Below are positions 9,597 through 20,178 of a DNA stretch of 64,000 bases, one piece after another (the first letter of the stretch is position 1; every line of letters begins with the position of its first letter). The stretch spans positions 1-64,000 of IMG/VR virus record IMGVR_UViG_3300032237_000764; one strand, written 5' to 3'. The stretch comes from a virus. Taxonomy: Duplodnaviria > Caudoviricetes. The notes under the pieces are model-generated. The model worked only from the letters and a program-made list of their open reading frames with translations. It made no database searches and was not told the origin of the DNA. The translations under genes and the position numbers were made by a program.

Positions 9597-11909
9597 ATGG
9601 CAAATAACAACAACATAGACGGAGTGATAACCACAACCAATACACAAATAATTGGTAATGGTTATACATTGCCTAGTGATTTCAACAATAGTCGTCAGCC
9701 GGGAGAATTAGCAAAACTGTTTAATGCAAATAGTAATGTTATTTATAACAAGTTTAGTGCAAAGACAGGACAAGTAGGATTGCTACGTTTTGGGCCAAAG
9801 CAACCATTTATTAGTTTCAATCCAAATACAGGAACAAAAGGTATCAATGCATTAAAAGGTGCTGTACCAAGTATTGGAGCACCATTGCAAGATGTAGAAC
9901 GCATTACCAAATGGCAATTGACAGGAACTGGTGTAATTTTCATTGCAAAGCAATTTTTATTGCAAGGTCAAAATGCTTTCAATGAAACTAAAATTTATAA
10001 TCCAGCAATGCCAATTTTGTCAGTTGCAAGTCGTGCATCATTTGGATTGATACCAACACCAACACGTCATCTTGATTTAAGCGGAGGATTTGCATCTATT
10101 TTAGGATTTGGTAGCTCACCTAGACCAATTAGTACAACAGTTGCTGCATCTAATGGAAATGCATTATCTAATCAATCAAAATTAGCTCCTAACGCTTATA
10201 AAGGTATGTTGCGTGGTGTAACAGCAACATCTGGATTTACATCACTGAGTCAAAAATGGGCAGAAGGTAGCAACAATGCCGGTGGAGGATTTTTAAAAGC
10301 TGTTGGTGGTTATTTAAAAAGTGCATTCAATATTATCAAAGGTACATTTATTCCTGTTGGACAACCGGGAAGTTTTCAATATCGTGCTGATGAACAAACA
10401 TATGGTAGAATGCTCGGTAATCAAATAAATTTTTATAATTTCAAAAGTGATGGTACTATACCAATTGGTGTATATCAGCGTTTTTGGAGTGGCAAAGAAA
10501 TTACCAATAAAAAAACTCCACTTTCATATGTTCGATATGCTTATTTTATTAAACCCGATGAAGGTATTGATATAAATTCCGGCAACACTGGTAAAATACA
10601 AAACAAGAGTTTTGGTATCACAGATTTTAATGCCAAAGATGAAAAGGGTTCATTATATACAAAATATGTAGGACATGATAAATGGGTATTAAAAGGAAGT
10701 CAAAAAGATTCATTAGAACATTCAGATCAAGTTGTTAATTATGCCTATTACACAGATAAGCTTACAAAAAACGTAAAAGAAAGCGGCAAGTATTTTACAA
10801 ACCGTTCTAAATTTAATGATCCAAATGATGCTAGAGTAAAAGACATCAAAGAAAATTTGGATAAAGTATTAAAAGGATTGCAAATTAAAGATATAAACGC
10901 AAGCGACATGCGATATGATTTGAATCCTGATAACGGATACACACATAGCCCAATTCCTCAATTTAGTGAAGCAATGGGAGGAACCAATGGATATGATTAT
11001 ATTAATAAAGTAACAAATAAAGATCAAGGATTTGATAAACAATTTAAGTATTTTACAGCAACTAGATTTGCAAATATTAGAACAATTGATCCTATACCAG
11101 ATGGTACTTCTGATAATGAACATTATGGATTTGCAGGCTCTGGTAGATCTGATAAAATTAACACTATTGGCGTCATTGGTAGAGAACAATTTGCTTTACA
11201 TGGTGAAGGATCTAAAACAGGTAAATTATACGATCCAACAACTGATGATGTAATTTCATTTTATTTTCATGATCTTGTCAATGATCGTTATCTTCCATTT
11301 CGATCTGTATTCAAAGGAATTAGTGAAAGCGCAACGGCAGAGTGGAATGATGTAAGTTATTTGGGTCGTGCTGATAAATTGTATACATACAAAGGATTTA
11401 CACGTTCATTGTCATTTAGTTTTACCGTCAATATTTCAAGTATCAAAGAGTTTGCTCCAACTTGGCAAAAAATTAATTATTTTATGGGATTGGTAAAACC
11501 TGCAAATTATACAGCAAAAAATGAAACTGATTTATTAACATTTTCCCGATTTATTGTGCCTCCTATGATTAAGTTTACTATTGGTGATTTGTATGTAGAT
11601 CAGCCCGGTTTAATTACCAGTATTGGTTTTAGCGTTCCAGATGATGCCGCATGGGAAACATTGGATGAAACTTATGCATCTAAAAAGCCTTGGGTATATT
11701 TAAATAACGTTATTCAATGGACTGGAAGTGAAAATAAATATGCTCAATTACCAAGAACTATAGATTTTAGTGTATCTATGAATTTACTAGAAAAAGAAAA
11801 ACCAATTGTTGGTGGATCGCAATTTGGATCTGCATATCACACAGATCCATATTATAAAACTTTATCAAAACCTCAAACTACATTTTCATCAAACTTACTT
11901 GTTAAATAA
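9597..11909 (+). CDS. Baseplate / tail-tube initiator-like protein
   Basis: C-terminal WNDVSYLGRADKLYTYKGFTRSLSFSF and PPMIKFTIGD tube-initiator-like pattern; follows tape measure. Confidence 0.65.
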   Translation: MANNNNIDGVITTTNTQIIGNGYTLPSDFNNSRQPGELAKLFNANSNVIYNKFSAKTGQVGLLRFGPKQPFISFNPNTGTKGINALKGAVPSIGAPLQDVERITKWQLTGTGVIFIAKQFLLQGQNAFNETKIYNPAMPILSVASRASFGLIPTPTRHLDLSGGFASILGFGSSPRPISTTVAASNGNALSNQSKLAPNAYKGMLRGVTATSGFTSLSQKWAEGSNNAGGGFLKAVGGYLKSAFNIIKGTFIPVGQPGSFQYRADEQTYGRMLGNQINFYNFKSDGTIPIGVYQRFWSGKEITNKKTPLSYVRYAYFIKPDEGIDINSGNTGKIQNKSFGITDFNAKDEKGSLYTKYVGHDKWVLKGSQKDSLEHSDQVVNYAYYTDKLTKNVKESGKYFTNRSKFNDPNDARVKDIKENLDKVLKGLQIKDINASDMRYDLNPDNGYTHSPIPQFSEAMGGTNGYDYINKVTNKDQGFDKQFKYFTATRFANIRTIDPIPDGTSDNEHYGFAGSGRSDKINTIGVIGREQFALHGEGSKTGKLYDPTTDDVISFYFHDLVNDRYLPFRSVFKGISESATAEWNDVSYLGRADKLYTYKGFTRSLSFSFTVNISSIKEFAPTWQKINYFMGLVKPANYTAKNETDLLTFSRFIVPPMIKFTIGDLYVDQPGLITSIGFSVPDDAAWETLDETYASKKPWVYLNNVIQWTGSENKYAQLPRTIDFSVSMNLLEKEKPIVGGSQFGSAYHTDPYYKTLSKPQTTFSSNLLVK

Positions 11910-11911
11910 TT

Positions 11912-12208
11912 ATGAATCGATATTCTGTAGCAAAAATTGATACTCGCTTTGATGGTAAACGTGTATATAAAAGTGTATTATATCCATCGATTGCGATTGA
12001 TAGCTCTGATTTTTATATTGTAACAAATGAAACAATGTACCTTGACACTCTTGCTTTTAAATACTATAATGATACAAGTTTATGGTGGATTATAGCATTA
12101 GCAAATAATATAGGAAAAGGTCGATTGAGTGTACCTTCTGGATTGCAATTAAGAATTCCGGGCAATGTATTAAAAATAATTAACGATTATAATCTCATCA
12201 ATTCATAA
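11912..12208 (+). CDS. LysM-like baseplate wedge protein (gp53/gpX-like)
   Basis: LDTLAFKYYNDTSLWWIIALANN...LRIP. Confidence 0.8.
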   Translation: MNRYSVAKIDTRFDGKRVYKSVLYPSIAIDSSDFYIVTNETMYLDTLAFKYYNDTSLWWIIALANNIGKGRLSVPSGLQLRIPGNVLKIINDYNLINS

Positions 12209-12211
12209 GTT

Positions 12212-15019
12212 ATGGCTCAAAATATTGAAAGTCTAGATAATAGACCGTGGGTTCCACATCATATACCTAATCCAATTCGACGTGAGTTGTATCGTAGAAT
12301 ATTGGATCAAGGATTCAATTATGTTGATACCGGTATCAAAGATGTTAATTGGACCAATTATAAAAATTATCGTGGACCATTGAGTGCATGGGTTCGCGTA
12401 ACAAGCAATGGAACCGGCATTAGCAAAACTTTAATTGGAGCTAACGGTATTACTGAAAAAGAATTTGAAAAGCAAAAACGTGAAGGATTTGTATTATATG
12501 GCGGTCAAGGATTTCACGATGCGTTTGGAAATATTACTTTTAAAGATACTACAACTCCATATTACAAACCAAATATATTGGGTTATGATACAACGGGAAA
12601 AGAACATGTATTAGATTTAGATATTAAAAATCCTAATATTGTTACTTTAAAAGGCAGTCCAACTCGTAATGTTCCAATTTTACTACCCCCACCCGGCATT
12701 GTTTCTGTTGAAGCAAGCATGCAAAAAGAACGTATTAGAAAAGTAACAATCAATTGGAAATGTTATAATTTTGCTCAATTGGAGTACATGACTCCTTATT
12801 TTCTTACACCGGGTATTAGTTTAATTGTAGAGTTTGGGTGGAATTTATTTAACCAAGATTGTTTATTAAATCTTAACGACACTGTATTGTTGACTAATTT
12901 ATGGAAAGACGGCACACCATTGTATCAAAAAACACTTGATTCAAATGGAATGTATGATGCTACATTTGGTATGATTGCCAATTTTGAATTCGGCACTCAA
13001 GATGGAACAACATATGATTGTAAAACCGAAATCTATTCAAAGCATAGAAATCATACAGGCGCATTAATGAATGAGTCTGCAACTGTATCAACCGTTGGTT
13101 CAAATACAGGTAATGGAAAAAAAGAAAAAGATAAGGTTATAAAATTTTCATTGTATGATTTTTGTAATCAACGTCTAAAAAACGTATCTAAATGTCTTGA
13201 AGGAAAAGGAAAAAATTTCTTCGATCCACTCACTCCAGACGAAGAGAAAAAACAAACCACAAAAGACGATAATGGTATTGGGTATAACAATGAAGAATTG
13301 AAAAAGAAATTTCGTAATGGCAACCCAGAAAATCGTATTTTTATTGGTCGTAATAAAAAAGAAATCAAGAATGATCCATTGTTAGTAGGAAGTGAAACTG
13401 AAACGTATGGCCAGCCAGCCGATATCGACTGGGATGATAATAATCCAAATGACACATGGGTAACAATGGGATTTGTTGTAGATCTCATTAATTTATTTAT
13501 TGGATCAAATATAAATACTTTTAAATCTTCAAATGATCCAAAATTTGAACTATTTACATTTGATATCAATGATGTAGTTATTGGAGCACATCCTAATTTG
13601 TTAAGTGTCGATGGATATAAGGTGTTGATTCCAAATCCAATGGCACCTAAATACAATTTAGGTGCGTCAATATGGAAAACTGATTCCGAACAAAGTGAAT
13701 GGATCAAAAACAAATTTCAGTCACAGACTTCATACAAAACGGCAGCTAGTTTTGAAAAACTTAGTGTAAATATGCAACCTTATAATAAAAAGTTATATGA
13801 TATATTTAAGACTGGATATGGTATAGATATTACATCGGAAACAAAAAAATTTGAGGAGGAGCAACAATCAATACTATCAAATTATGCGGAAACTTTGCTA
13901 GAAACTTTTGGAAATCAAGATGCAAATATTGAAATGTCAACGGCAGGAATGTTTAACGAAGCATCGTCATTAGGCGCATATCGTAACAATATTGATTCTA
14001 TAATTAATAGATTTCGTTATAATTTTTTCAATGATACGTTGGAACCATATGAAGCGGCATTTCCTCAAATAGTAGATTATACAGAAAAAGGAAACGAACG
14101 CAAAGCAGGATATTGGGGATATTTGAAAGATTTGTTTGTTCATGTAAATGTAGTAATTGATGCGGCAAAAAATGCCAAGACTGCTGAAGATTTTCTAACA
14201 TCTCTGTTGCAGACTGTTTCAGGTGCATCAGCAGGACTATGGGAATTGGCTGTTATTGAAGATGAAAACAAACTAAGAATCATCGATAAAAAGTTCATTT
14301 CTAAGAAAGTATTTCAAAACTTGTATCAATTTGATATTAGTTCCGATAGCTGTATCAAATCATTATCATTTACAGTAACTCCTAGCAATGCTCAAATGAC
14401 TCAAGTTATTGCAGGATCATCTAATAATCAAGGACAAGACGCTGGACAATCAACATCAACACAATTGCCTGATTTTAAATTCGGTGATCGATTGGGTGTA
14501 AATCAATTGTTACCTGAAAAGAAGAAGACATTTATTGATGAAGCGGCTGATTTAATCAAACGATATCAGAAATATGGAAAGATATCTGATACATTTGCAA
14601 TGAGTTTAAAATATGTAAGTGAAGATGATTATTATGAAGTAGTGAATCTGGCATTGCCAAATAAAAATTTGTTATTGGCTTTGTTGGACTGTGGTGATTA
14701 TGAAGATAATCTAAATGTTTATAGTGGACAGCAACCTAATTTTACATGCGAGTTGGTTTTACAAGGAATTTCTGGATTAAGAACATTTCAATGTTTTAGT
14801 ATTAAAAATTTACCAAAACCATATAGTCCAGACGATGTAATTTTTCAAATTATAGATTTGACTCATTCTATTCAAAACGGAGAATGGATCACAACAATAA
14901 AGGCAGGAATACGTCCCCGAGCCAAATTAAAAACAGGAAGTAGTGCAAATTATCAATATACCAATGGTAAAGAAGCGTTTGAATCTACAAATGATGTACC
15001 AATAATAAATTCAAAATAA
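12212..15019 (+). CDS. Large baseplate hub-like structural protein
   Basis: 935 aa; C-terminal LQGISGL...FQIIDLTHSIQNGEWITTI hub-type ending; synteny. Confidence 0.6.
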   Translation: MAQNIESLDNRPWVPHHIPNPIRRELYRRILDQGFNYVDTGIKDVNWTNYKNYRGPLSAWVRVTSNGTGISKTLIGANGITEKEFEKQKREGFVLYGGQGFHDAFGNITFKDTTTPYYKPNILGYDTTGKEHVLDLDIKNPNIVTLKGSPTRNVPILLPPPGIVSVEASMQKERIRKVTINWKCYNFAQLEYMTPYFLTPGISLIVEFGWNLFNQDCLLNLNDTVLLTNLWKDGTPLYQKTLDSNGMYDATFGMIANFEFGTQDGTTYDCKTEIYSKHRNHTGALMNESATVSTVGSNTGNGKKEKDKVIKFSLYDFCNQRLKNVSKCLEGKGKNFFDPLTPDEEKKQTTKDDNGIGYNNEELKKKFRNGNPENRIFIGRNKKEIKNDPLLVGSETETYGQPADIDWDDNNPNDTWVTMGFVVDLINLFIGSNINTFKSSNDPKFELFTFDINDVVIGAHPNLLSVDGYKVLIPNPMAPKYNLGASIWKTDSEQSEWIKNKFQSQTSYKTAASFEKLSVNMQPYNKKLYDIFKTGYGIDITSETKKFEEEQQSILSNYAETLLETFGNQDANIEMSTAGMFNEASSLGAYRNNIDSIINRFRYNFFNDTLEPYEAAFPQIVDYTEKGNERKAGYWGYLKDLFVHVNVVIDAAKNAKTAEDFLTSLLQTVSGASAGLWELAVIEDENKLRIIDKKFISKKVFQNLYQFDISSDSCIKSLSFTVTPSNAQMTQVIAGSSNNQGQDAGQSTSTQLPDFKFGDRLGVNQLLPEKKKTFIDEAADLIKRYQKYGKISDTFAMSLKYVSEDDYYEVVNLALPNKNLLLALLDCGDYEDNLNVYSGQQPNFTCELVLQGISGLRTFQCFSIKNLPKPYSPDDVIFQIIDLTHSIQNGEWITTIKAGIRPRAKLKTGSSANYQYTNGKEAFESTNDVPIINSK

Positions 15020-15020
15020 T

Positions 15021-15410
15021 ATGATCAGTATTAATAAATATAATTTACTTGGTACATCAACTGGTGTGCAAAATTATGTATATCCAAAATATTATACATT
15101 TGTTGTAAATGATTCAGATTATAAAAATGGATTTGCATATCGTTATTTTGTGAACAAAATAAATGAAACTTCAATAATTGAAATTTCTAGTAAAAATTAC
15201 AATAATATTCAAAAAAATTTGTTTAATAAAGTTGTAGTAACATGGCATTTAATTGGTCCTGAAAGAAATGTTTATGTCAATGGAAAGCTTTATGAACAAG
15301 GCATTTACGAAAAAAATTTAAAAGAAATTAATACGGCAGCACAAACCATGCCAAGTTTAAAAGATTTTATTACAAACTATACACTGTATAGCAAGCCTAG
15401 AAAAGATTGA
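15021..15410 (+). CDS. Hypothetical (probably structural) protein
   Basis: 129 aa ORF abutting the upstream gene. Confidence 0.6.
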   Translation: MISINKYNLLGTSTGVQNYVYPKYYTFVVNDSDYKNGFAYRYFVNKINETSIIEISSKNYNNIQKNLFNKVVVTWHLIGPERNVYVNGKLYEQGIYEKNLKEINTAAQTMPSLKDFITNYTLYSKPRKD

Positions 15411-15435
15411 CATGTGATCGACCCTGCTGTATGGT
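15407..15435 (+). promoter_or_regulatory. Sigma70-like promoter, probably leaderless transcript
   Basis: TTGACA-17-TATGGT, ATG 6 nt downstream. Confidence 0.7.
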
Positions 15436-15441
15436 CTATGA

Positions 15442-16797
15442 ATGATCATAGACAGTGAAAAAGAATATCTAACTTTTTTGGATAATTATAATCAGCATGA
15501 TCTGATTATTAATACATTGGGATGTGATGAAAGATATCATCCTGTTGTAGATGAATTGTGTGCAGTCTTCATTAAAAGTATCACCGATGGCCGCGATTTT
15601 ACATTAAGCGTTAATCATCCAGATGGTGTATGGAATATCGATAAGATTCGGATTGTAAATGATCTAAATAAATTTAGTACCAATATTTGGACATTTGATA
15701 AGAAAAAGACATTTCATTTTCTCCCTGTCAACAAACTAAAAGATATTCAGGTTTATGACTATATGGAAAATGGAGAAATTGTAGATGTAACACAATATCA
15801 ATCTAAGCCATATGCTTTCTACAAGCATATGTATGGTAAATATAGTGATTTAAATTGTGTTATTCCATTGACAATTCATACCGAAAGTTTTGAAAATCTT
15901 GCGGATAGCGCATTGGCACGTATTCGCGGATTAAACACCGATCACATTTTTAATCGCATTAACACTGAAATTGTTGAGAGCTTTCAATCGATTGAATTAA
16001 ACGGATTGAAAATTGATGAAGTTTTGTTTCAACAACATTTTGGACACAAAGAATGCAAAATCAAAAATGGATTTGTTCACACTGAGTATAATTTGTTTAC
16101 GTCTACCGGTCGTCCAAGTAATCGATTTGGTAGTATCAATTATGCTGCCCTAAAAAAGGATGATGGTTGTCGATCTGCATTTGTTAGTCGATATGGAACA
16201 GATGGATATTTGTTCATGATTGATTATAGTGCATATCATCCACGTTTGATTGCACAATTGGTCCGTTATAAGCTTCCAGATGATGTTTACAATTATCTTG
16301 GTAAGTATTATTTCGACAAAGAAACATTATCTGAAGAAGAATTAAAGGCGGCGAAAACAACTACTTTTCAATTGTTGTATGGAAATATTCCAGAAAAATA
16401 TGCTCACATTCCATTCTTTGTAAAAATCAAAGAGTATATTGAACATCGTTGGAATCATTTCACTACACATGGATATGTCGAGACACCAATATATAAGCGA
16501 CGTATTACGCCAAATAACATAAGCGAACCAAATCCAAACAAGCTATTTAATTATATTTTACAGGCAACAGAAACTGAATATAATACGGCTGTTTTGCGTG
16601 ATTTGGTAATGTATCTAAAAAATAGACTAACTAAGCCTGTTTTGTATACATATGATTCTGTATTGTTTGATGTTAGCAATCAAGATGGAGTTGATGTATT
16701 GAAACAAATCAAAAACATTATGTCGCCTAGTAATCTTCTTCCTGTAAAATGCTATAAAGGAAACAATTATAATGAAATGGAGCTAATAAGTATATAA
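15442..16797 (+). CDS. Compact family A DNA polymerase-like protein
   Basis: TSTGRPSN, motif A DYSAYHPR, motif B AKTTTFQLLYG, NYILQATE, motif C YTYDSVLFD. Confidence 0.8.
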   Translation: MIIDSEKEYLTFLDNYNQHDLIINTLGCDERYHPVVDELCAVFIKSITDGRDFTLSVNHPDGVWNIDKIRIVNDLNKFSTNIWTFDKKKTFHFLPVNKLKDIQVYDYMENGEIVDVTQYQSKPYAFYKHMYGKYSDLNCVIPLTIHTESFENLADSALARIRGLNTDHIFNRINTEIVESFQSIELNGLKIDEVLFQQHFGHKECKIKNGFVHTEYNLFTSTGRPSNRFGSINYAALKKDDGCRSAFVSRYGTDGYLFMIDYSAYHPRLIAQLVRYKLPDDVYNYLGKYYFDKETLSEEELKAAKTTTFQLLYGNIPEKYAHIPFFVKIKEYIEHRWNHFTTHGYVETPIYKRRITPNNISEPNPNKLFNYILQATETEYNTAVLRDLVMYLKNRLTKPVLYTYDSVLFDVSNQDGVDVLKQIKNIMSPSNLLPVKCYKGNNYNEMELISI

Positions 16798-16827
16798 TAA
16801 TGGATTTTTGAAATATATTTATTATGG

Positions 16828-17490
16828 ATGAAAGAAATCTATAATAAAGTTTTGGAAGCCGTTGCGATTGATCCTCGTTTAGACACAGGTATTTTTGATG
16901 TATTAAACAATGATCATTTGTCTATTTTTCGTGAATATCTAGTAAAAGAGGGTATTTCAGAAGATAAAGCCATTGCTGCGAGCAACAAATTGGCAGAAGC
17001 TGGTCGATTTCCAGAACGTCAATGTTATAACAAAGATGGATTATTGGTTACTTTTCCTTCACCTGAACATAAACAGCGAGCAATTGCTAGAGGAACGCAT
17101 TTTGAAAAAAATCCAAAAACAGCACAAGTAAATATTTTTGGTGCTGAAGCACAACCACAACAACCTGCACAACCACAACAACCTGTTGCAGCAACAACAG
17201 GTTCACAAGCTGCTGCTCCTACTCCTACCACTACTTCTGCTCCTGCTTCGACACAAGCTGTAGATGTCACTCCTGTAAATGCAGATAATCGTACTCCAGA
17301 AGAACGACAAGCAGATGCTAATGCAGTTGAAAAGATGTTGAAAGCAGAAAATAAATCTTATACTTTATCAGAAGCAATTTCATTTGGCTTCTACTCAAAA
17401 AACAATATTTGGTACACATCAGAGGGTGAAAAAGTTGGTCGCTTGTGGTATGTGGCAGATCATAAACAACAAATTATTTTGCCATGTTAA
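16828..17490 (+). CDS. Hypothetical protein with P/Q/A/T-rich linker
   Basis: 220 aa ORF; QPQQPAQPQQP low-complexity segment. Confidence 0.7.
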   Translation: MKEIYNKVLEAVAIDPRLDTGIFDVLNNDHLSIFREYLVKEGISEDKAIAASNKLAEAGRFPERQCYNKDGLLVTFPSPEHKQRAIARGTHFEKNPKTAQVNIFGAEAQPQQPAQPQQPVAATTGSQAAAPTPTTTSAPASTQAVDVTPVNADNRTPEERQADANAVEKMLKAENKSYTLSEAISFGFYSKNNIWYTSEGEKVGRLWYVADHKQQIILPC

Positions 17491-17882
17491 CGAGAGAAAA
17501 ACAACTTTTATGCACATTTACGAATAACACAGATTATTCGTTATTGATTTCTAAAATTTCTGTATTTTATACAATTTTAGAAAACAGAATTTTTATATTT
17601 GCAAATATAAAAAATTTGAAAGAATATTATCTTACATATAATGTAAATTGCACACAAACTCCCTTCGGCAAATTTCCCAATACCATTAGTATACATCGCA
17701 AAAAAATGTATAATACATTGTATACTTTAAATGGAATGAATAGACTTATTATAGACGAGAACAATGGAGAATTTGACAAATCATATCAACTCAATTGGGA
17801 ATTATATAGAAACTCGTTGATATTGACCACAGATATAGGTGCAAAAGTCGTCGGTTTGAAACTGGTTGATATTATTCAGTGA
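17484..17882 (+). CDS. Hypothetical protein
   Basis: 132 aa ORF overlapping the upstream stop. Confidence 0.7.
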   Translation: MLTREKQLLCTFTNNTDYSLLISKISVFYTILENRIFIFANIKNLKEYYLTYNVNCTQTPFGKFPNTISIHRKKMYNTLYTLNGMNRLIIDENNGEFDKSYQLNWELYRNSLILTTDIGAKVVGLKLVDIIQ

Positions 17883-18034
17883 TTATTTATATTCTTGATT
17901 AGTTTTTATACGAAAAAATTTCTTGTGGTTTTCAAAAATCACTCTATACTTATACGTGTATTAAATGATGTGCTGTCTCTTGTGAGTTGCAAATTATTTA
18001 AGTACACACTTAACAATTAATAAATTAAAAAATT

Positions 18035-18862
18035 ATGGCATTACCATCAAATAAAATTAAGAGTATTCTTAACTCTATTCAAAACGTTAACAACAAAACT
18101 TCTTCTGTTTGGAAGCCCGAACCCGGAATACACAACATTCGTATTGTTCCTTATAAGTTCAACCCCGATCAATTCAGCTTTATTGAGTTGAAGTTTCATT
18201 ATGGATTGAAGGTCAAGGACGCAAACGGTAAGATTGTCGAACGTACTTTCTTGTCTCCAGACTCCTTTAATCGACCTGATCCTATTGTCGAATTTGCAAA
18301 TAGATTGCAAAAGACTGGTGATAAAGAAGATTGGAAGCGTGGTCGTAACATGCTTCCAAAGCAACGTACCTATGCACCTATTTTGGTTCGTGGTAAAGAA
18401 AATGAAGGAATCAAGTTTTGGGGATTCGGCAAGACTGTTTATGAAACAATCTTGAAGGCATGTGACGAAGAAGTATTCGGTGATATTAGCGATCCAACAA
18501 CTGGACACGATATTATGGTTGAATACAAGGAAGCTGGACCTAGTGCTGGCGGAAAGAATTTTCCAACAACAACTATTACGGTGAAGGGCAAGGTAACTCC
18601 TGCAATCGATGATGCACGTAAGCACATTTTGGATTTCCAGAAGAATATTTTGGAATTGTTTCCAGAGCCTACCTACGATCAGTTGTATAACATTATGACT
18701 GAAATGTTGTCTGCTGGCACTACGGACGATGCTGCTGATGACATTGTAGTTGAACCAACTGAAGAAGCTATTGCAGCAAATACTTCTCCAAGTGCTGCTT
18801 CTGCACAAGGAAATGCTCCAAGCGTAAACGAGCAATTCGAAAAATTGTTTGGAAAGAAATAA
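18035..18862 (+). CDS. Single-stranded DNA-binding protein (gp32-like)
   Basis: WKP, IRIVP, FHYG, DPIVE, FWGFGKTVY, DPTTGHDI, acidic tail. Confidence 0.8.
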   Translation: MALPSNKIKSILNSIQNVNNKTSSVWKPEPGIHNIRIVPYKFNPDQFSFIELKFHYGLKVKDANGKIVERTFLSPDSFNRPDPIVEFANRLQKTGDKEDWKRGRNMLPKQRTYAPILVRGKENEGIKFWGFGKTVYETILKACDEEVFGDISDPTTGHDIMVEYKEAGPSAGGKNFPTTTITVKGKVTPAIDDARKHILDFQKNILELFPEPTYDQLYNIMTEMLSAGTTDDAADDIVVEPTEEAIAANTSPSAASAQGNAPSVNEQFEKLFGKK

Positions 18863-18879
18863 ATTAAATTGCTAAACAT

Positions 18880-18913
18880 AGGATGATGACATATAATGTC
18901 ATCATCCTTTTTT
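18880..18913 (+). terminator. Rho-independent terminator
   Basis: AGGATGATGACAT-ATA-ATGTCATCATCCT plus T tract. Confidence 0.85.
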
Positions 18914-18956
18914 AGTATGTACGTAATTAAGGAAATAATAAACATTTATAAATAAT

Positions 18957-20174
18957 ATGGCAAAATCAAGCAAAAATACAACAAATGAATCTGATGATTC
19001 AAAAAAGAAAAACGCAAAATCTGTTAGTAAAAATGATTCTTTACTAGCAAATTTAGCAGCGGAACTTAACAAAAACAACAAAGAAGGTGGTAAAATTGCA
19101 TACTTTCTCGATGAACACGACGATCCATCTACTATTAGCGATTGGATTAGTACCGGTTCAAGTTTATTGGATATTGCAATTAGTAATCGTCCAAATGGCG
19201 GACTACCAGTAGGAAGAATGGTAGAATTTAATGGATTGGAAGGAACCGGAAAAAGTTTGGTTAGCGCACACATTGTAGCGAACACACAAAAGAAAGGCGG
19301 CAAAGCAATCTTTATTGATACAGAAAATGCAGCGGCTCCTGACTTTTGGAAGAGTCTAGGTGTAGATTTATCAAATCTATTGTATATTCAACGTGAAACC
19401 GTAGAAGATATTTTTACCACAATGGAGCAAGCAATTGCATATATTCGTAAAGATCAACCCGATGCGTTATTAACAATTATTGTTGATAGTGTAGCGGCAG
19501 CATCTACAAAAGCTGAAATGGAAAGTGATCATGGTAAAGACGGATATGCCACTGGAAAAGCAATTATTATTAGTAAAGCACTTCGTAAAATTACTAGTAT
19601 GATTGGTCGTCAAAAAGTATTGATTGTATTCACAAATCAATTGCGTCAGAATTTAAATGCAAGTCCATTTGGTGATCCATATACAGTTAGTGGTGGTAAA
19701 GGATTGCCTTATCATTGCAGTGTTCGTGTACGACTAAACAACGCAGGTCAACTGAAGTTGCCAGACAAAACTGTTATTGGCAATGAATGTAAAGCTGTGG
19801 TTGTAAAGAATCGTATGGGACCACCACAACGTCATGTCTTTTTCAATATTTATTTTGATAGCGGTATTGCTGATTATGCAAGTTGGTTAGAAGTATTGAA
19901 AGAAAAAGCTTATGTTAAACCAGCAGGTAGTGCGGGATTAAAATATGTTGCATTGAACGGAGAAGAAGTTGTATTTAAATCTGAAAACTTCATCAAGCTT
20001 TTAGATGAACGTCCAGAGTTTAAGACCGAAATGTATAATCGTATTTGCGATGCAGTAATTATGCAATATAAAAACGCAAACAGTACTATCATTGAATCAT
20101 CCGCAAATGTTGACGAAGATGCAGAAATGATCGCTGACGAAATCGACATTGATCATTCAGAAGAAAACAATTAA
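18957..20174 (+). CDS. recA: RecA/UvsX recombinase
   Basis: ISTGS..LD, GLEGTGKS (Walker A), FIDTE, IIVDSVAA, NQLR, KNR. Confidence 0.92.
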   Translation: MAKSSKNTTNESDDSKKKNAKSVSKNDSLLANLAAELNKNNKEGGKIAYFLDEHDDPSTISDWISTGSSLLDIAISNRPNGGLPVGRMVEFNGLEGTGKSLVSAHIVANTQKKGGKAIFIDTENAAAPDFWKSLGVDLSNLLYIQRETVEDIFTTMEQAIAYIRKDQPDALLTIIVDSVAAASTKAEMESDHGKDGYATGKAIIISKALRKITSMIGRQKVLIVFTNQLRQNLNASPFGDPYTVSGGKGLPYHCSVRVRLNNAGQLKLPDKTVIGNECKAVVVKNRMGPPQRHVFFNIYFDSGIADYASWLEVLKEKAYVKPAGSAGLKYVALNGEEVVFKSENFIKLLDERPEFKTEMYNRICDAVIMQYKNANSTIIESSANVDEDAEMIADEIDIDHSEENN

Positions 20175-20178
20175 TTAT

